From contig OZ024755.1 in assembly GCA_964016885.1 (NCBI GenBank), positions 44,144,001 to 44,208,000 of the forward strand: DNA of 64,000 nt, given 5' to 3'. Shown here piece after piece: positions 1-16,849 of the stretch. Below the pieces are notes generated by a model. That model was not told the DNA's origin, did no database searches, and was given only the letters and a program-made list of their open reading frames with translations. The position numbers and the translations under genes are program-made. Positions within the stretch are counted from its first letter, which is position 1. Each line of letters starts with the position of its first letter. The stretch is from Eledone cirrhosa. Its lineage: Eukaryota.

Positions 1-3000
1 TGTACCACAGTTGACAGTACCAACATATACTGTGTACCACAGTTGACAGTACCAACATATACTGTGTACCACAGTTGACAGAACCAACATGTACCGTGAA
101 CCACAGTTGACAGTACCAACGTATACTGTGTACCACAGTTGAGAGTACCAAAGTATAGTGTGTACCACAGTTGACAGTACCAACATATACTGTGTACCAC
201 AGTTGACAGTACCAACATATACTGTGTACCACAGTTCACAGTACCAACGTATACTGTGTACCACATTTGACAGTACCAACATATACTGTGTACCACAGTT
301 GACAGTACCAACATATACTGTGTACCACTTTTGACAGTACCAACATATACCGTGTATCACATTTGACAGTACCAACATATACTGTGTACCACTGTTGACA
401 GTACCAACATATACTGTGTACCACAGTTGACAGTACCAACATGTACCGTGTACCACAGTTGACAGTACCAACGTATACTGTGTACCACAGTTGACAATAC
501 CAACATATACTGTGTACCACAGTTGACAGTACCAACATATACTGTGTACCACAGTTGAAAGTACCAACGTATAATGTGTACCACAGTTGACAACACCAAC
601 ATATACTGTGTACCACAGTTGACAGTACCAACATATACTGTATACCACAGTTGACAGTACCAACATATACTGTGTACCACAGTTGACAGTACCAACATAT
701 ACTGTGTACCACAGTTGACAGTACCAACATATACTGTATACCACAGTTGACAGTACCAACATATACTGTGTACCACTGTTGACAGTACCAACATATACAG
801 TGTACCACAGTTGACATTACCAACATATACTGTGTACCACAGCTGACACTACCAACATATACTTGTACCTCAGTTGACAATACTACCATATATTGTGTAC
901 CACCGTTGACAATACCAACGTATACTGTGTACCACAGTTGACAGTACCAACGTATACTGTGCACCACAGTTGACAGTACCAACATATACTGTGTACCACA
1001 TTTGACAATACCAACATATACTGTGTACCACAGTTGACAATACCAACACATATAGTGTACCACAGTTGACAATACCAACACATATAGTGTACCACAGTTG
1101 ACAGTACCAACGTATACTGTGTACCACAGTTGCCAATGCCAACATATACTGAGTACCACAGTTGAGAGTACCAACATGTACCGTGTACCACAGTTGAGAG
1201 TACCAACGTATACTGTGTACCACAGTTGACAGTACCAACGTATACTGTTTACCACAGTTGACAATACCAACATATACTGTGTACCAGAGTTGACAGTACC
1301 ACATATACTGTGTACCACAGTTGACAGTTCCAACATATATGGTGTACCACTGTTGATACTACCGACATATACTGTGTAGCACAGTTGACAGTACTAACAT
1401 ATACTGTGTACCACAGTTGAGAGTACCACCATATACTGGGTACCACTGTTGACAGTACCAACATATACTGTGTACCACAGTTGACAGTACCAACATATAC
1501 TGTGTACCATAGTTGACAGTACCAACATATCCTGTGTACCTCAGTTGTCAGTATCAACATATACTGTATACCACAGTTGACAGTACCAACATATACTGTG
1601 TACCACTGTTGACAGTACCAACATATACCGTGTACCACAGTTGACAGTACCAACATATACTGTGTACCACAGCTGACACTACCAACATATACTTGTACCT
1701 CATTTGACAGTACTACCATATATTGTGTACCACCGTTGACAATACCAACGTATACTGTGTACCACAGTTGACAGTACCAACGTATACTGTGCACCACAGT
1801 TGACAGTACCAACATATAATGTGTACCACAGTTGACAATACCAACATATACTGTGTACCACAGTTGACAATATCAACACATATAGTGTACCACAGTTGAC
1901 AGTACCAACGTATACTGTGTACCACAGTTGCCAATGCCAACATATACTGTGTACCACAGTTGAGAGTACCAACATGTACCGTGTACCACAGTTGAAACTA
2001 CCAACGTATACTGTGTACCACAGTTGACAATACCAACATATACTGTGTACCACAGTTGACAGTACCAACATATACTGTGTACCACAGTTGAAAGTACCAA
2101 CGTATACTGTGTACCACAGTTGACAACACCAACATATACTGTGTACCACAGTTGACAGTACCAACATATACTGTATACCACAGTTGACAGTACCAACATA
2201 TACTGTGTACCACAGTTGACAGTACCGACATATACTGTGTACCACAGTTGACAGTACCAACATATACTGTATACCACAGTTGACAGTACCAACATATACT
2301 GTGTACCACTGTTGACAGTACCAACATATACCGTGTACCACAGTTGACAGTACCAACATATACTGTGTACCACAGCTGACACTACCAACATATACTTGTA
2401 CCTCAGTTGACAGTACTACCATATATTGTGTACCACCGTTGATAATACCAACGTATACTGTGTACCACAGTTGACAGTACCAACGTATACTGTGCACCAC
2501 AGTTTACAGTACCAAAATATACTGTGTACCACAGTTGACAATACCAACATATACTGTGTACCACAGTTGACAATACCAACACATATAGTGTACCACAGTT
2601 GACAGTACCAACGTATACTGTGTACCACAGTTGCCAATGCCAACATATACTGTGTACCACAGTTGAGAGTACCAACATATACTGTGTACCACAGTTGACA
2701 GTACCAACATATACAGTGTACAACAGTTGACAGTACCAACATATACTGTGTACCACAGTTGACAGTACCAATGTATACTGTGTACCACAGTTGACAGTAC
2801 CAACATATACTGTGTACCACAGTTGACAGTACCAACATATACTGTGTACCATGGTTGACATTACCAACGTATATTGTGTTCCACAGTTGACAGTACCAAC
2901 ATGTACTGTGTACCACAGTTGACAGTACCAACGTATACTGTGTACCACAGTTGACAGTACCAACGTATACTGTGTACCACAGTTGACAGTACCAACATAT

Positions 3001-6000
3001 AACGTGTACCACAGTTGGCAGTACCATCATATACTGTGTACCACAGTTGACAGTACCAACATATATTGTGTACCACAGTTGACAGTACCAACATATACTG
3101 TGTACCATAGTTGACATTACCAACGTATATTGTGTACCACAGTTGACAATACCAACACATATAGTGTACCACAGTTGACAGTACCAACGTATATTGTGTA
3201 CCACAGTTGCCAATGCCAACATATACTGTGTACCACCGTTGAGAGTACCAACATGTACCGTGTACCACAGTTGACAGTACCAACGTATACTGTGTACCAC
3301 AGTTGACAATACCAACATATACTGTGTAACACAGTTGACAGTACCAACATATACTGTGTACCACAGTTGAAAGTACCAACGTATACTGTGTACCGCAGTT
3401 GACAACACCAACATATACTGTGTACCACAGTTGACAGTACCAACATATACTGTATACCACAGTTGACAGTACCAACATATACTGTGTACCACAGTTGACA
3501 GTACCAACATATACTGTATACCACAGTTGACAGTACCAACATATACTGTGTACCACTGTTGACAGTACCAACATATACCGTGTACCACAGTTGAAAGTAC
3601 CAACATATACTGTGTACCACAGCTGACACTACCAACATATACTTGTACCTCAGTTGACAGTACTACCATATATTGTGTACCACCGTTGACAATACCAACG
3701 TATACTGTGTACCACAGTTGACAGTACCAACGTATACTGTGCACCACAGTTGACAGTACCAACATATACTGTGTACCACAGTTGACAATACCAACATATA
3801 CTGTGTACCACAGTTGACAATACCAACACATATAGTGTACCACAGTTGACAGTACCAACGTATACTGTGTACCACAGTTACCAATGCCAACATATACTGT
3901 GTACCACAGTTGAGAGTACCAACATATACTGTGTACCACAGTTGACAGTACCAACATATACTGTGTACCACAGTTGACAATACCAACATATACTGTGTAC
4001 CACAGTTGACAGTACCAACATATACTGTGTACCCTAGTTGACATTACCAACGTATATTGTGTACCACAGTTGACAGTACCAACATGTACTGTGTACCACA
4101 GTTGACAGTACCAACGTATACTGTGTACCACAGTTGACAGTACCAACGTATACTGTGTACCACAGTTGACAGTACCAACATATAACGTGTACCACAGTTG
4201 GCAGTACCATCATATACTGTGTACCACAGTTGACAGTACCAACATATATTGTGTACCACAGTTGACAGTACCAACATATACTGTGTACCATAGTTGACAT
4301 TACCAACGTATATTGTGTACCACAGTTGACAGTACCAACATACACCGTGTACAACAGTTGCAGGACCAACATATACTGTGTACCACAGTTGCGAGTACCA
4401 ACATAAACTGTGTACCACAGTTGACAGTACCAACATATACTGTGTACCACAGTTGACAGTACCAACATATACTGTATACCACAGTTGACAGTACCAACAT
4501 ATACTGTGTACCACAGTTGACAGTACCAACATATACTGTGTACCACAGTTGACAGTACCAACATATACTGTGTACCACAGTTGACAGTACTAACATATAC
4601 TGTGTACTACAGTTGACAGTACCAACATATACTGTGTACCACAGTTGACAGTACCAACATGTACTGTGTACCACAGTTGACAGTACCAACATATACTGTG
4701 TACCACAGTTGGCAGTACCAACATATACAGTGTACCACAGTTGACAGTACCAACATATACTGTGTACCACATTTGACAGTACCAACATATACTGTGTACC
4801 ACAGTTGACAGTACCAACATGTACCGTGAACCACATTTGACAGTACCAACATATACTGTGTACCACAGTTGAGAGTACCAACGTATAGTGTGTACCGCAG
4901 TTGACAGTACCATCATATACTGTGTACCACAGTTGACAGTACCAACATATATTGTGTACCACAGTTGACAGTACCAACATATACTGTGTACCATAGTTGA
5001 CATTACCAACGTATATTGTGTACCACAGTTGACAATACCAACACATATAGTGTACCACAGTTGACAGTACCAACGTATATTGTGTACCACAGTTGCCAAT
5101 GCCAACATATACTGTGTACCACAGTTGAGAGTACCAACATGTACCGTGTACCACAGTTGACAGTACCAACGTATACTGTGTACCACAGTTGACAATACCA
5201 ACATATACTGTGTACCACAGTTGACAGTACCAACATATACTGTGTACCACAGTTGAAAGTACCAACGTATACTGTGTACCACAGTTGACAACACCAACAT
5301 ATACTGTGTACCACAGTTGACAGTACCAACATATACTGTATACCACAGTTGACAGTACCAACATATACTGTGTACCACAGTTTACAGTACCAACATATAC
5401 TTTGTACCACGGTTGACAGTACCAACGTATACTGTGTACCACTGTTGACAATATCAACATATACTGTGTACCACAGTTGACAGTACCAACATGTACCGTG
5501 AACCACAGTAGACAGTACCAACATATACTGTGTACCACTGTTGACAGTACCAACATATACCGTGTAACACAGTTGACAGTACCAACATATACTGTGTACC
5601 ACTGTTGACAGTACCAACATATACCGTGTACCACAGTTCACAGTACCAACGTATACTGTTTATGTTACCACAGTTGACAGTACCAACATATACTGTGTAC
5701 CACAGTTGAGACTACCAACATATACTGGGTACGACTGTTGACAGTAACAACATATACTATGTACCACAGTTGACAGTACCAACATATACTGTGTACCACA
5801 GTTGACAGTACCAACGTATACTGTGTACCACAGTTGACAGTACCAACGTATACTGGGTACCACATTTGAGACTACCAACATATACTGTGTACCACAGTTG
5901 ACAGTACCAACGTATACTGTGTACCACAGTTGACGATACCAACATATACTGTGTACCACAGTTGACAGTACCAACATATACTGTATACCACAGTTGACAA

Positions 6001-9000
6001 TACCAACATATACTTTGTACCACGGTTGACAGTACCAACGTATACTGTGTACCACTGTTGACAATATCAACATATACTGTGTACCACAGTTGACAGTACC
6101 AACATATACTGTGTACCACAGTTGACAGTACCAACATATACTGTGTACCATAGTTGACAGTACCAACGTATATTGTGTACCACAGTTGAGAGTACCAACA
6201 TACACCGTGTACGACAGTTGACAGTAAAAACATATACTGTGTACCACAGTTGAGAGTACCAACAAACTGTGTACCACAGTTGACAGTACCAACATATACT
6301 GTGTACCACAGTTGACAGTACCAACATATACTGTGTACCACAGTTGACAGTACCAACATATACTGTATACCACAGTTGACAGTACCAACATATACTGTGT
6401 ACCACAGTTGACAGTACCAACATATACTGTGTACCACAGTTGACAGTACCAACATATACTGTGTACCACAGTTGACAGTACTAACATATACTGTGTACTA
6501 CAGTTGACAGTACCAACATATATTGTGTACCACAGTTGACATTACCAACATATACTGTGTACCACAGTTGGTAGTACCAACATATAATGTGTACCTCAGT
6601 TGACAGTACCAACATATACTGTGTACCACAGTTGAAATTACCAACGTATACTGTGTACCACAGTTGACAGTACCAACGTATACTATGTACCACAGTTGAC
6701 AGTACCAATATATACTGTGTAATACAGTTGACTATACCAACATATAATGTGTACCACAGTTGACAGTACCAACGTATAATTTGAACCACTGTTGGCAATA
6801 CCAACATATACTGTGTACTACAGTTGACAGAACCAACATATACAGTGTACCACAGTTGACAGTACCAACATATACTGTGTACCACAGTTGACAGTACCAA
6901 CATATACTGTGTACCACAGTTGACAGAACCAACATGTACCGTGAACCACAGTTGACAGTACCAACGTATACTGTGTACCACAGTTGAGAGTACCAAAGTA
7001 TAGTGTGTACCACAGTTGACAGTACCAACATATACTGTGTACCACAGTTGACAGTACCAACATATACTGTGTACCACAGTTCACAGTACCAACGTATACT
7101 GTGTACCACATTTGACAGTACCAACATATACTGTGTACCACAGTTGACAGTACCAACATATACTGTGTACCACTTTTGACAGTACCAACATATACCGTGT
7201 ATCACATTTGACAGTACCAACATATACTGTGTACCACTGTTGACAGTACCAACATATACTGTGTACCACAGTTGACAGTACCAACATGTACCGTGTACCA
7301 CAGTTGACAGTACCAACGTATACTGTGTACCACAGTTGACAATACCAACATATACTGTGTACCACAGTTGACAGTACCAACATATACTGTGTACCACAGT
7401 TGAAAGTACCAACGTATAATGTGTACCACAGTTGACAACACCAATATATACTGTGTACCACAGTTGACAGTACCAACATATACTGTATACCACAGTTGAA
7501 AGTACCAACATATACTGTGTACCACAGTTGACAGTACCAACATATACTGTGTACCACAGTTGACAGTACCAACATATACTGTATACCACAGTTGACAGTA
7601 CCAACATATACTGTGTACCACTGTTGACAGTACCAACATATACAGTGTACCACAGTTGACATTACCAACATATACTGTGTACCACAGCTGACACTACCAA
7701 GATATACTTGTACCTCAGTTGACAATACTACCATATATTGTGTACCACCGTTGACAATACCAACGTATACTGTGTACCACAGTTGACAGTACCAACGTAT
7801 ACTGTGCACCACAGTTGACAGTACCAACATATACTGTGTACCACAGTTGACAATACCAACATATACTGTGTACCACAGTTGACAATACCAACACATATAG
7901 TGTACCACAGTTGACAATACCAACACATATAGTGTACCACAGTTGACAGTACCAACGTATACTGTGTACCACAGTTGCCAATGCCAACATATACTGAGTA
8001 CCACAGTTGAGAGTACCAACATGTACCGTGTACCACAGTTGACAGTACCAACGTATACTGTGTACCACAGTTGACAGTACCAACGTATACTGTTTACCAC
8101 AGTTGACAATACCAACATATACTGTGTACCAGAGTTGACAGTACCACATATACTGTGTACCACAGTTGACAGTTCCAACATATATGGTGTACCACTGTTG
8201 ATACTACCGACATATACTGTGTAGCACAGTTGACAGTACTAACATATACTGTGTACCACAGTTGAGAGTACCACCATATACTGGGTACCACTGTTGACAG
8301 TACCAACATATACTGTGTACCACAGTTGACAGTACCAACATATACTGTGTACCATAGTTGACAGTACCAACATATCCTGTGTACCTCAGTTGTCAGTACC
8401 AACATATACTGTATACCACAGTTGACAGTACCAACATATACAGTGTACCACTGTTGACAGTACCAACATATACCGTGTACCACAGTTGACAGTACCAACA
8501 TATACTGTGTACCACAGCTGACACTACCAACATATACTTGTACCTCAATTGACAGTACTACCATATATTGTGTACCACCGTTGACAATACCAACGTATAC
8601 TGTGTACCACAGTTGACAGTACCAACGTATACTGTGCACCACAGTTGACAGTACCAACATATAATGTGTACCACAGTTGACAATACCAACATATACTGTG
8701 TACCACAGTTGACAATATCAACACATATAGTGTACCACAGTTGACAGTACCAACGTATACTGTGTACCACAGTTGCCAATGCCAACATATACTGTGTACC
8801 ACAGTTGAGAGTACCAACATGTACCGTGTACCACAGTTGACACTACCAACGTATACTGTGTACCACAGTTGACAATACCAACATATACTGTGTACCACAG
8901 TTGACAGTACCAACATATACTGTGTACCACAGTTGAAGGTACCAACGTATACTGTGTACCACAGTTGACAACACCAACATATACTGTGTACCACAGTTGA

Positions 9001-11350
9001 CAGTACCAATATATACTGTATACCACAGTTGACAGTACCAACATATACTGTGTACCACAGTTGACAGTACCGACATATACTGTGTACCACAGTTGACAGT
9101 ACCAACATATACTGTATACCACAGTTGACAGTACCAACATATACTGTGTACCACTGTTGACAGTACCAACATATACCGTGTACCACAGTTGACAGTACCA
9201 ACATATACTGTGTACCACAGCTGACACTACCAACATATACTTGTACCTCAGTTGACAGTACTACCATATATTGTGTACCACCGTTGACAATACCAACGTA
9301 TACTGTGTACCACAGTTGACAGTACCAACGTATACTGTGCACCAAAGTTTACAGTACCAAAATATACTGTGTACCACAGTTGACAATACCAACATATACT
9401 GTGTACCACAGTTGACAATACCAACACATATAGTGTACCACAGTTGACAGTACCAACGTATACTGTGTACCACAGTTGCCAATGCCAACATATACTGTGT
9501 ACCACAGTTGAGAGTACCAACATATACTGTGTACCACAGTTGACAGTACCAACATATACAGTGTACCACAGTTGACAGTACCAACATATACTGTGTACCA
9601 CAGTTGACAGTACCAATGTATACTGTGTACCACAGTTGACAGTACCAACATATACTGTGTACCACAGTTGACAGTACCAACATATACTGTGTACCATGGT
9701 TGACATTACCAACTATATTGTGTTCCACAGTTGACAGTACCAACATGTACTGTGTACCACAGTTGACAGTACCAACGTATACTGTGTACCACAGTTGACA
9801 GTACCAACGTATACTGTGTACCACAGTTGACAGTACCAACATATAACGTGTACCACAGTTGGCAGTACCATCATATACTGTGTACCACAGTTGACAGTAC
9901 CAACATATATTGTGTACCACAGTTGACAGTACCAACATATACTGTGTACCATAGTTGACATTACCAACGTATATTGTGTACCACAGTTGACAATACCAAC
10001 ACATATAGTGTACCACAGTTGACAGTACCAACGTATATTGTGTACCACAGTTGCCAATGCCAACATATACTGTGTACCACAGTTGAGAGTACCAACATGT
10101 ACCGTGTACCACAGTTGACAGTACCAACGTATACTGTGTACCACAGTTGACAATACCAACATATACTGTGTACCACAGTTGACAGTACCAACATATACTG
10201 TGTACCACAGTTGAAAGTACCAACGTATACTGTGTACCACAGTTGACAACACCAACATATACTGTGTACCACAGTTGACAGTACCAACATATACTGTATA
10301 CCACAGTTGACAGTACCAACATATACTGTGTACCACAGTTGACAGTACCAACATATACTGTATACCACAGTTGACAGTACCAACATATACTGTGTACCAC
10401 TGTTGACAGTACCAACATATACCGTGTACCACAGTTGACAGTACCAACATATACTGTGTACCACAGCTGACACTACCAACATATACTTGTACCTCAGTTG
10501 ACAGTACTACCATATATTGTGTACCACCGTTGACAATACCAACGTATACTGTGTACCACAGTTGACAGTACCAACGTATACTGTGCACCACAGTTGACAG
10601 TACCAACATATACTGTGTACCACAGTTGACAATACCAACATATACTGTGTACCACAGTTGACAATACCAACACATATAGTGTACCACAGTTGACAGTACC
10701 AACGTATACTGTGTACCACAGTTGCCAATGCCAACATATACTGTGTACCACAGTTGAGAGTACCAACATATACTGTGTACCACAGTTGACAGTACCAACA
10801 TATACTGTGTACCACAGTTGACAATACCAACATATACTGTGTACCACAGTTGACAGTACCAACATATACTGTGTACCCTAGTTGACATTACCAACGTATA
10901 TTGTGTACCACAGTTGACAGTACCAACATGTACTGTGTACCACAGTTGACAGTACCAACGTATACTGTGTACCACAGTTGACAGTACCAACGTATACTGT
11001 GTACCACAGTTGACAGTACCAACATATAACGTGTACCACAGTTGGCAGTACCATCATATACTGTGTACCACAGTTGACAGTACCAACATATATTGTGTAC
11101 CACAGTTGACAGTACCAACATATACTGTGTACCATAGTTGACATTACCAACGTATATTGTGTACCACAGTTGACAGTACCAACATACACCGTGTACAACA
11201 GTTGCAGGACCAACATATACTGTGTACCACAGTTGCGAGTACCAACATAAACTGTGTACCACAGCTGACAGTACCAACATATACTGTGTACCACAGTTGA
11301 CAGTACCAACATATACTGTATACCACAGTTGACAGTACCAACATATACTG
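1..11350. repeat. Higher-order duplication with 6,845-bp period (about 1-4,500 repeated at about 6,846-11,350)
   Basis: ORF pairs 236..1336/7081..8181, 870/7715 and 1700..2500/8545..9345 are all offset by 6,845. The offset becomes 6,844 after a 1-bp deletion near 9,712 (AACTATATTG). Both copies share the rare GTACCACATATA deletion allele (about 1,297 and 8,142). Confidence 0.9.
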
Positions 11351-12169
11351 TGTACCACAGTTGACAGTACCAACATATACTGTGTACCACAGTTGACAGT
11401 ACCAACATGTACTGTGTACCACAGTTGACAGTACCAACATATACTGTGTACCACAGTTGGCAGTACCAACATATACAGTGTACCACAGTTGACAGTACCA
11501 ACATATACTGTGTACCACATTTGACGGTACCAACATATACTGTGTACCACAGTTGACAGTACCAACATGTACCGTGAACCACATTTGACAGTACCAACAT
11601 ATACTGTGTACCACAGTTGAGAGTACCAACGTATAGTGTGTACCACAGTTGACAGTACCATCATATACTGTGTACCACAGTTGACAGTACCAACATATAT
11701 TGTGTACCACAGTTGACAGTACCAACATATACTGTGTACCATAGTTGACATTACCAACGTATATTGTGTACCACAGTTGACAATACCAACACATATAGTG
11801 TACCACAGTTGACAGTACCAACGTATATTGTGTACCACAGTTGCCAATGCCAACATATACTGTGTACCACAGTTGAGAGTACCAACATGTACCGTGTACC
11901 ACAGTTGACAGTACCAACGTATACTGTGTACCACAGTTGACAATACCAACATATACTGTGTACCACAGTTGACAGTACCAACATATACTGTGTACCACAG
12001 TTGAAAGTACCAACGTATACTGTGTACCACAGTTGACAACACCAACATATACTGTGTACCACAGTTGACAGTACCAACATATACTGTATACCACAGTTGA
12101 CAGTACCAACATATACTGTGTACCACAGTTGACAGTACCAACATATACTGTATACCACAGTTGACAGTA

Positions 12170-15100
12170 CCAACATATACTGTGTACCACAGTTGACAGT
12201 ACTAACATATACTGTGTACTACAGTTGACAGTACCAACATATATTGTGTACCACAGTTGACAGTACCAACATATACTGTGTACCACAGTTGGCAGTACCA
12301 ACATATAATGTGTACCTCAGTTGACAGTACCAACATATACTGTGTACCACAGTTGACAGTTCCAACGTATACTGTGTACCACAGTTGACAGTACCAACGT
12401 ATACTGTGTACCACAGTTGACAGTACCAATATATACTGTGTAACACAGTTGACAATACCAACATATAATGTGTACCACAGTTGACAGTACCAACGTATAC
12501 TGTGAACCACTGTTGGCAATACCAACATATACTGTGTACTACAGTTGACAGAACCAACATATACAGTGTACCACAGTTGACAGTACCAACATATACTGTG
12601 TACCACAGTTGACAGTACCAACATATACTGTGTACCACAGTTGACAGTACCAACATATACTGTGTACCACAGTTCACAGTACCAACGTATACTGTGTACC
12701 ACATTTGACATTACCAACATATACTGTGTACCACAGTTGACAGTACCAACATATACTGTGTACCACTTTTGACAGTACCAACATATACCGTGTATCACAT
12801 TTGACAGTACCAACATATACTGTGTACCACTGTTGACAGTACCAACATATACTGTGTACCACAGTTGACAGTACCAACATGTACCGTGTACCACAGTTGA
12901 CAGTACCAACGTATACTGTGTACCACAGTTGACAATACCAACATATACTGTGTACCACAGTTGACAGTACCAACATATACTGTGTACCACAGTTGAAAGT
13001 ACCAACGTATACTGTGTACCACAGTTGACAACACCAACATATACTGTGTACCACAGTTGACAGTACCAACATATACTGTATACCACAGTTGACAGTACCA
13101 ACATATACTGTGTACCACAGTTGACAGTACCAACATATACTGTGTACCACAGTTGACAGTACCAACATATACTGTATACCAGAGTTGACAGTACCAACAT
13201 ATACTGTGTACCACTGTTGACAGTACCAACATATACAGTGTACCACAGTTGACATTACCAACATATACTGTGTACCACAGCTGACAATACCAACATATAC
13301 TTGTACCTCAGTTGACAGTACTACCATATATTGTGTACCACCGTTGACAATACCAACGTATACTGTGTACGACAGTTGACAGTACCAACGTATACTGTGC
13401 ACCACAGTTGACAGTACCAACATATACTGTGTACCACAGTTGACAATACCAACATATACTGTGTACCACAGTTGACAATACCAACACATATAGTGTACCA
13501 GAGTTGACAATACCAACACATATAGTGTACCACAGTTGACAGTACCAACGTATACTGTGTACCACAGTTGCCAATGCCAACATATACTGTGTACCACAGT
13601 TGAGAGTACCAACATGTACCGTGTACCACAGTTGACAGTACCAACGTATACTGTGTACCACAGTTGACAGTACCAACGTATACTGTTTACCACAGTTGAC
13701 AATACCAACATATACTGTGTACCTCAGTTGACAGTACCCACATATACTGTGTACCACAGTTGACAGTTCCAACATATAAGGTGTACCACTGTTGATACTA
13801 CCGACATATACTGTGTAGCACAGTTGACAGTACTAACATATACTGTGTACCACAGTTGAGAGTACCACCATATACTGGGTACCACTGTTGACAGTACCAA
13901 CATATACTGTGTACCACAGTTGACAGTACCAACATATACTGTGTACCATAGTTGACAGTACCAACATATCCTGTGTACCTCAGTTGTCAGTACCAACATA
14001 TACTGTATACCACAGTTGACAGTACCAACATATACTGTGTACCTCTGTTGACAGTACCAACATATACCGTGTACCACAGTTGACAGTACCAACATATACT
14101 GTGTACCACAGCTGACACTACCAACATATACTTGTACCTCAATTGACAGTACTACCATATATTGTGTACCACCGTTGACAATACCAACGTATACTGTGTA
14201 CCACAGTTGACAGTACCAACGTATACTGTGCACCACAGTTGACAGTACCAACATATACTGTGTACCACAGTTGACAATACCAACATATACTGTGTACCAC
14301 AGTTGACAATACCAACACATATAGTGTACCACAGTTGACAGTACCAACGTATACTGTGTACCACATTTGCCAATGCCAACATATACTGTGTACCACAGTT
14401 GAGAGTACCAACATGTAACGTGTACCACAGTTGACACTACCAACGTATACTGTGTACCACAGTTGACAATACCAACATATACTGTGTACCACAGTTGACA
14501 GTACCAACATATACTGTGTACCACAGTTGAAAGTACCAACGTATACTGTGTACCACAGTTGACAACACCAACATATACTGTGTACCACAGTTGACAGTAC
14601 CAACATATACTGTATACCACAGTTGACAGTACCAACATATACTGTGTACCACAGTTGACAGTACCAACATATACTGTGTACCACAGTTGAAAGTACCAAC
14701 ATATACTGTATACCACAGTTGACAGTACCAACATATACTGTGTACCACTGTTGACAGTACCAACATATACCGTGTACCACAGTTGACAGTACCAACATAT
14801 ACTGTGTACCACAGCTGACACTACCAACATATACTTGTACCTCAGTTGACAGTATTACCATATATTGTGTACCACCGTTGACAATACCAACGTATACTGT
14901 GTACCACAGTTGACAGTACCAACGTATACTGTGCACCACAGTTGACAGTACCAAAATATACTGTGTACCACAGTTGACAATACCAACATATACTGTGTAC
15001 CACAGTTGACAATACCAACACATATAGTGTACCACAGTTGACAGTACCAACGTATACTGTGTACCACAGTTGCCAATGCCAACATATACTGTGTACCACA

Positions 15101-15420
15101 GTTGAGAGTACCAACATATACTGTGTACCACAGTTGACAGTACCAACATATACTGTGTACCACAGTTGACAGTACCAACATATACTGTGTACCACAGTTG
15201 ACAGTACCAATGTATACTGTGTACCACAGTTGACAGTACCAACATATACTGTGTACCACAGTTGACAGTACCAACATATACTGTGTACCATAGTTGACAT
15301 TACCAACGTATATTGTGTTCCACAGTTGACAGTACCAACATGTACTGTGTACCATAGTTGACAGTACCAACGTATACTGTGTACCACAGTTGACAGTACC
15401 AACGTATACTGTGTACCACA
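12170..15420. repeat. Approximately 3.2 kb block with a near-identical distant copy at about 52,350-55,600
   Basis: ORF pairs 12202..13200/52379..53377, 12795/52972, 13308/53485, 14139/54316 and 14842/55019 are all offset by 40,177. Confidence 0.88.
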
Positions 15421-16849
15421 GTTGACAGTACCAACATATAATGTGTACCACAGTTGACAGTACCATCATATACTGTGTACCACAGTTGACAGTACCAACA
15501 TATATTGTGTACCACAGTTGACAGTACCAACATATACTGTGTACCATAGTTGACATTACCAACGTATATTGTGTACCACAGTTGACAGTACCATCATATA
15601 CTGTATACCACAGTTGACAGTACCAACATATACTGTGTACCACTGTTGACAGTACCAATATATACCGTGTACCACAGTTGACAGTACCAACATATACTGT
15701 GTACCACAGCTGACACTACCAACATATACTTGTACCTCAGTTGACAGTACTACCATATATTGTGTACCACCGTTGACAATACCAACGTATACTGTGTACC
15801 ACAGTTGACAGTACCAACGTATACTGTGCACCACAGTTGACAGTACCAACATATACTGTGTACCACAGTTGACAATACCAACATATACTGTGTACCACAG
15901 TTGACAATACCAACACATATAGTGTACCACAGTTGACAGTACCAACGTATATTGTGCACCACAGTTGCCAATGCCAACATATACTGTGTACCACAGTTGA
16001 GAGTACCAACATATACTGTGTACCACAGTTGAAAGTACCAACGTATACTGTGTACCACAGTTGACAACACCAACATATACTGTGTATCACAGTTGACAGT
16101 ACCAACATATACTGTATACCACAGTTGACAGTACCAACATATACTGTGTACCACAGTTGACAGTACCAACATATACTGTGTACCACAGTTGACAGTACCA
16201 ACATATACTGTATACCACAGTTGACAGTACCAACATATACTGTGTACCACTGTTGACTGTACCAACATATACTGTGTACCCTAGTTGACATTACCAACGT
16301 ATATTGTGTACCATAGTTGACAGTAGCAACATGTACTGTGTACCACAGTTGACAGTAACAACGTATACTGTGTACCACAGTTGACAGTACCAACGTATAC
16401 TGTGTACCACAGTTGACAGTACCAACGTATACTGTGCACCACAGTTGACAGTACCAACATATACTGTGTACCACAGTTGACAATACCAACATATACTGTG
16501 TACCACAGTTGACAATACCAACACATATGGTGTACCACAGTTGACAGTACCAACGTATACTGTGTACCACAGTTGCCAATGCCATCATATACTGTGTACC
16601 ACAGTTGAGAGTAACAACATATACTGTGTACCACAGTTGACAGTATCAACATATACTGTGTACCACAGTTGACAGTACCAACATATACTGTGTACCACAG
16701 TTGACAGTACCAATGTATACTGTGTACCACAGTTGACAGTACCAACATATAGTGTGTACCACAGTTGACAGTACCAACATATACTGTGTACCCTAGTTGA
16801 CAGTACCAACATATCCTGTGTACCACTGTTGACAGTACCAACATATACT

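Noticed and set aside
11-31. Sigma70 -35 (TTGACA) and -10-like (TATACT) hexamers in every monomer
   Set aside because: Spacing is 9 bp within a monomer and 41 bp to the next, not about 17 bp. There is no gene context, so this is a chance match.
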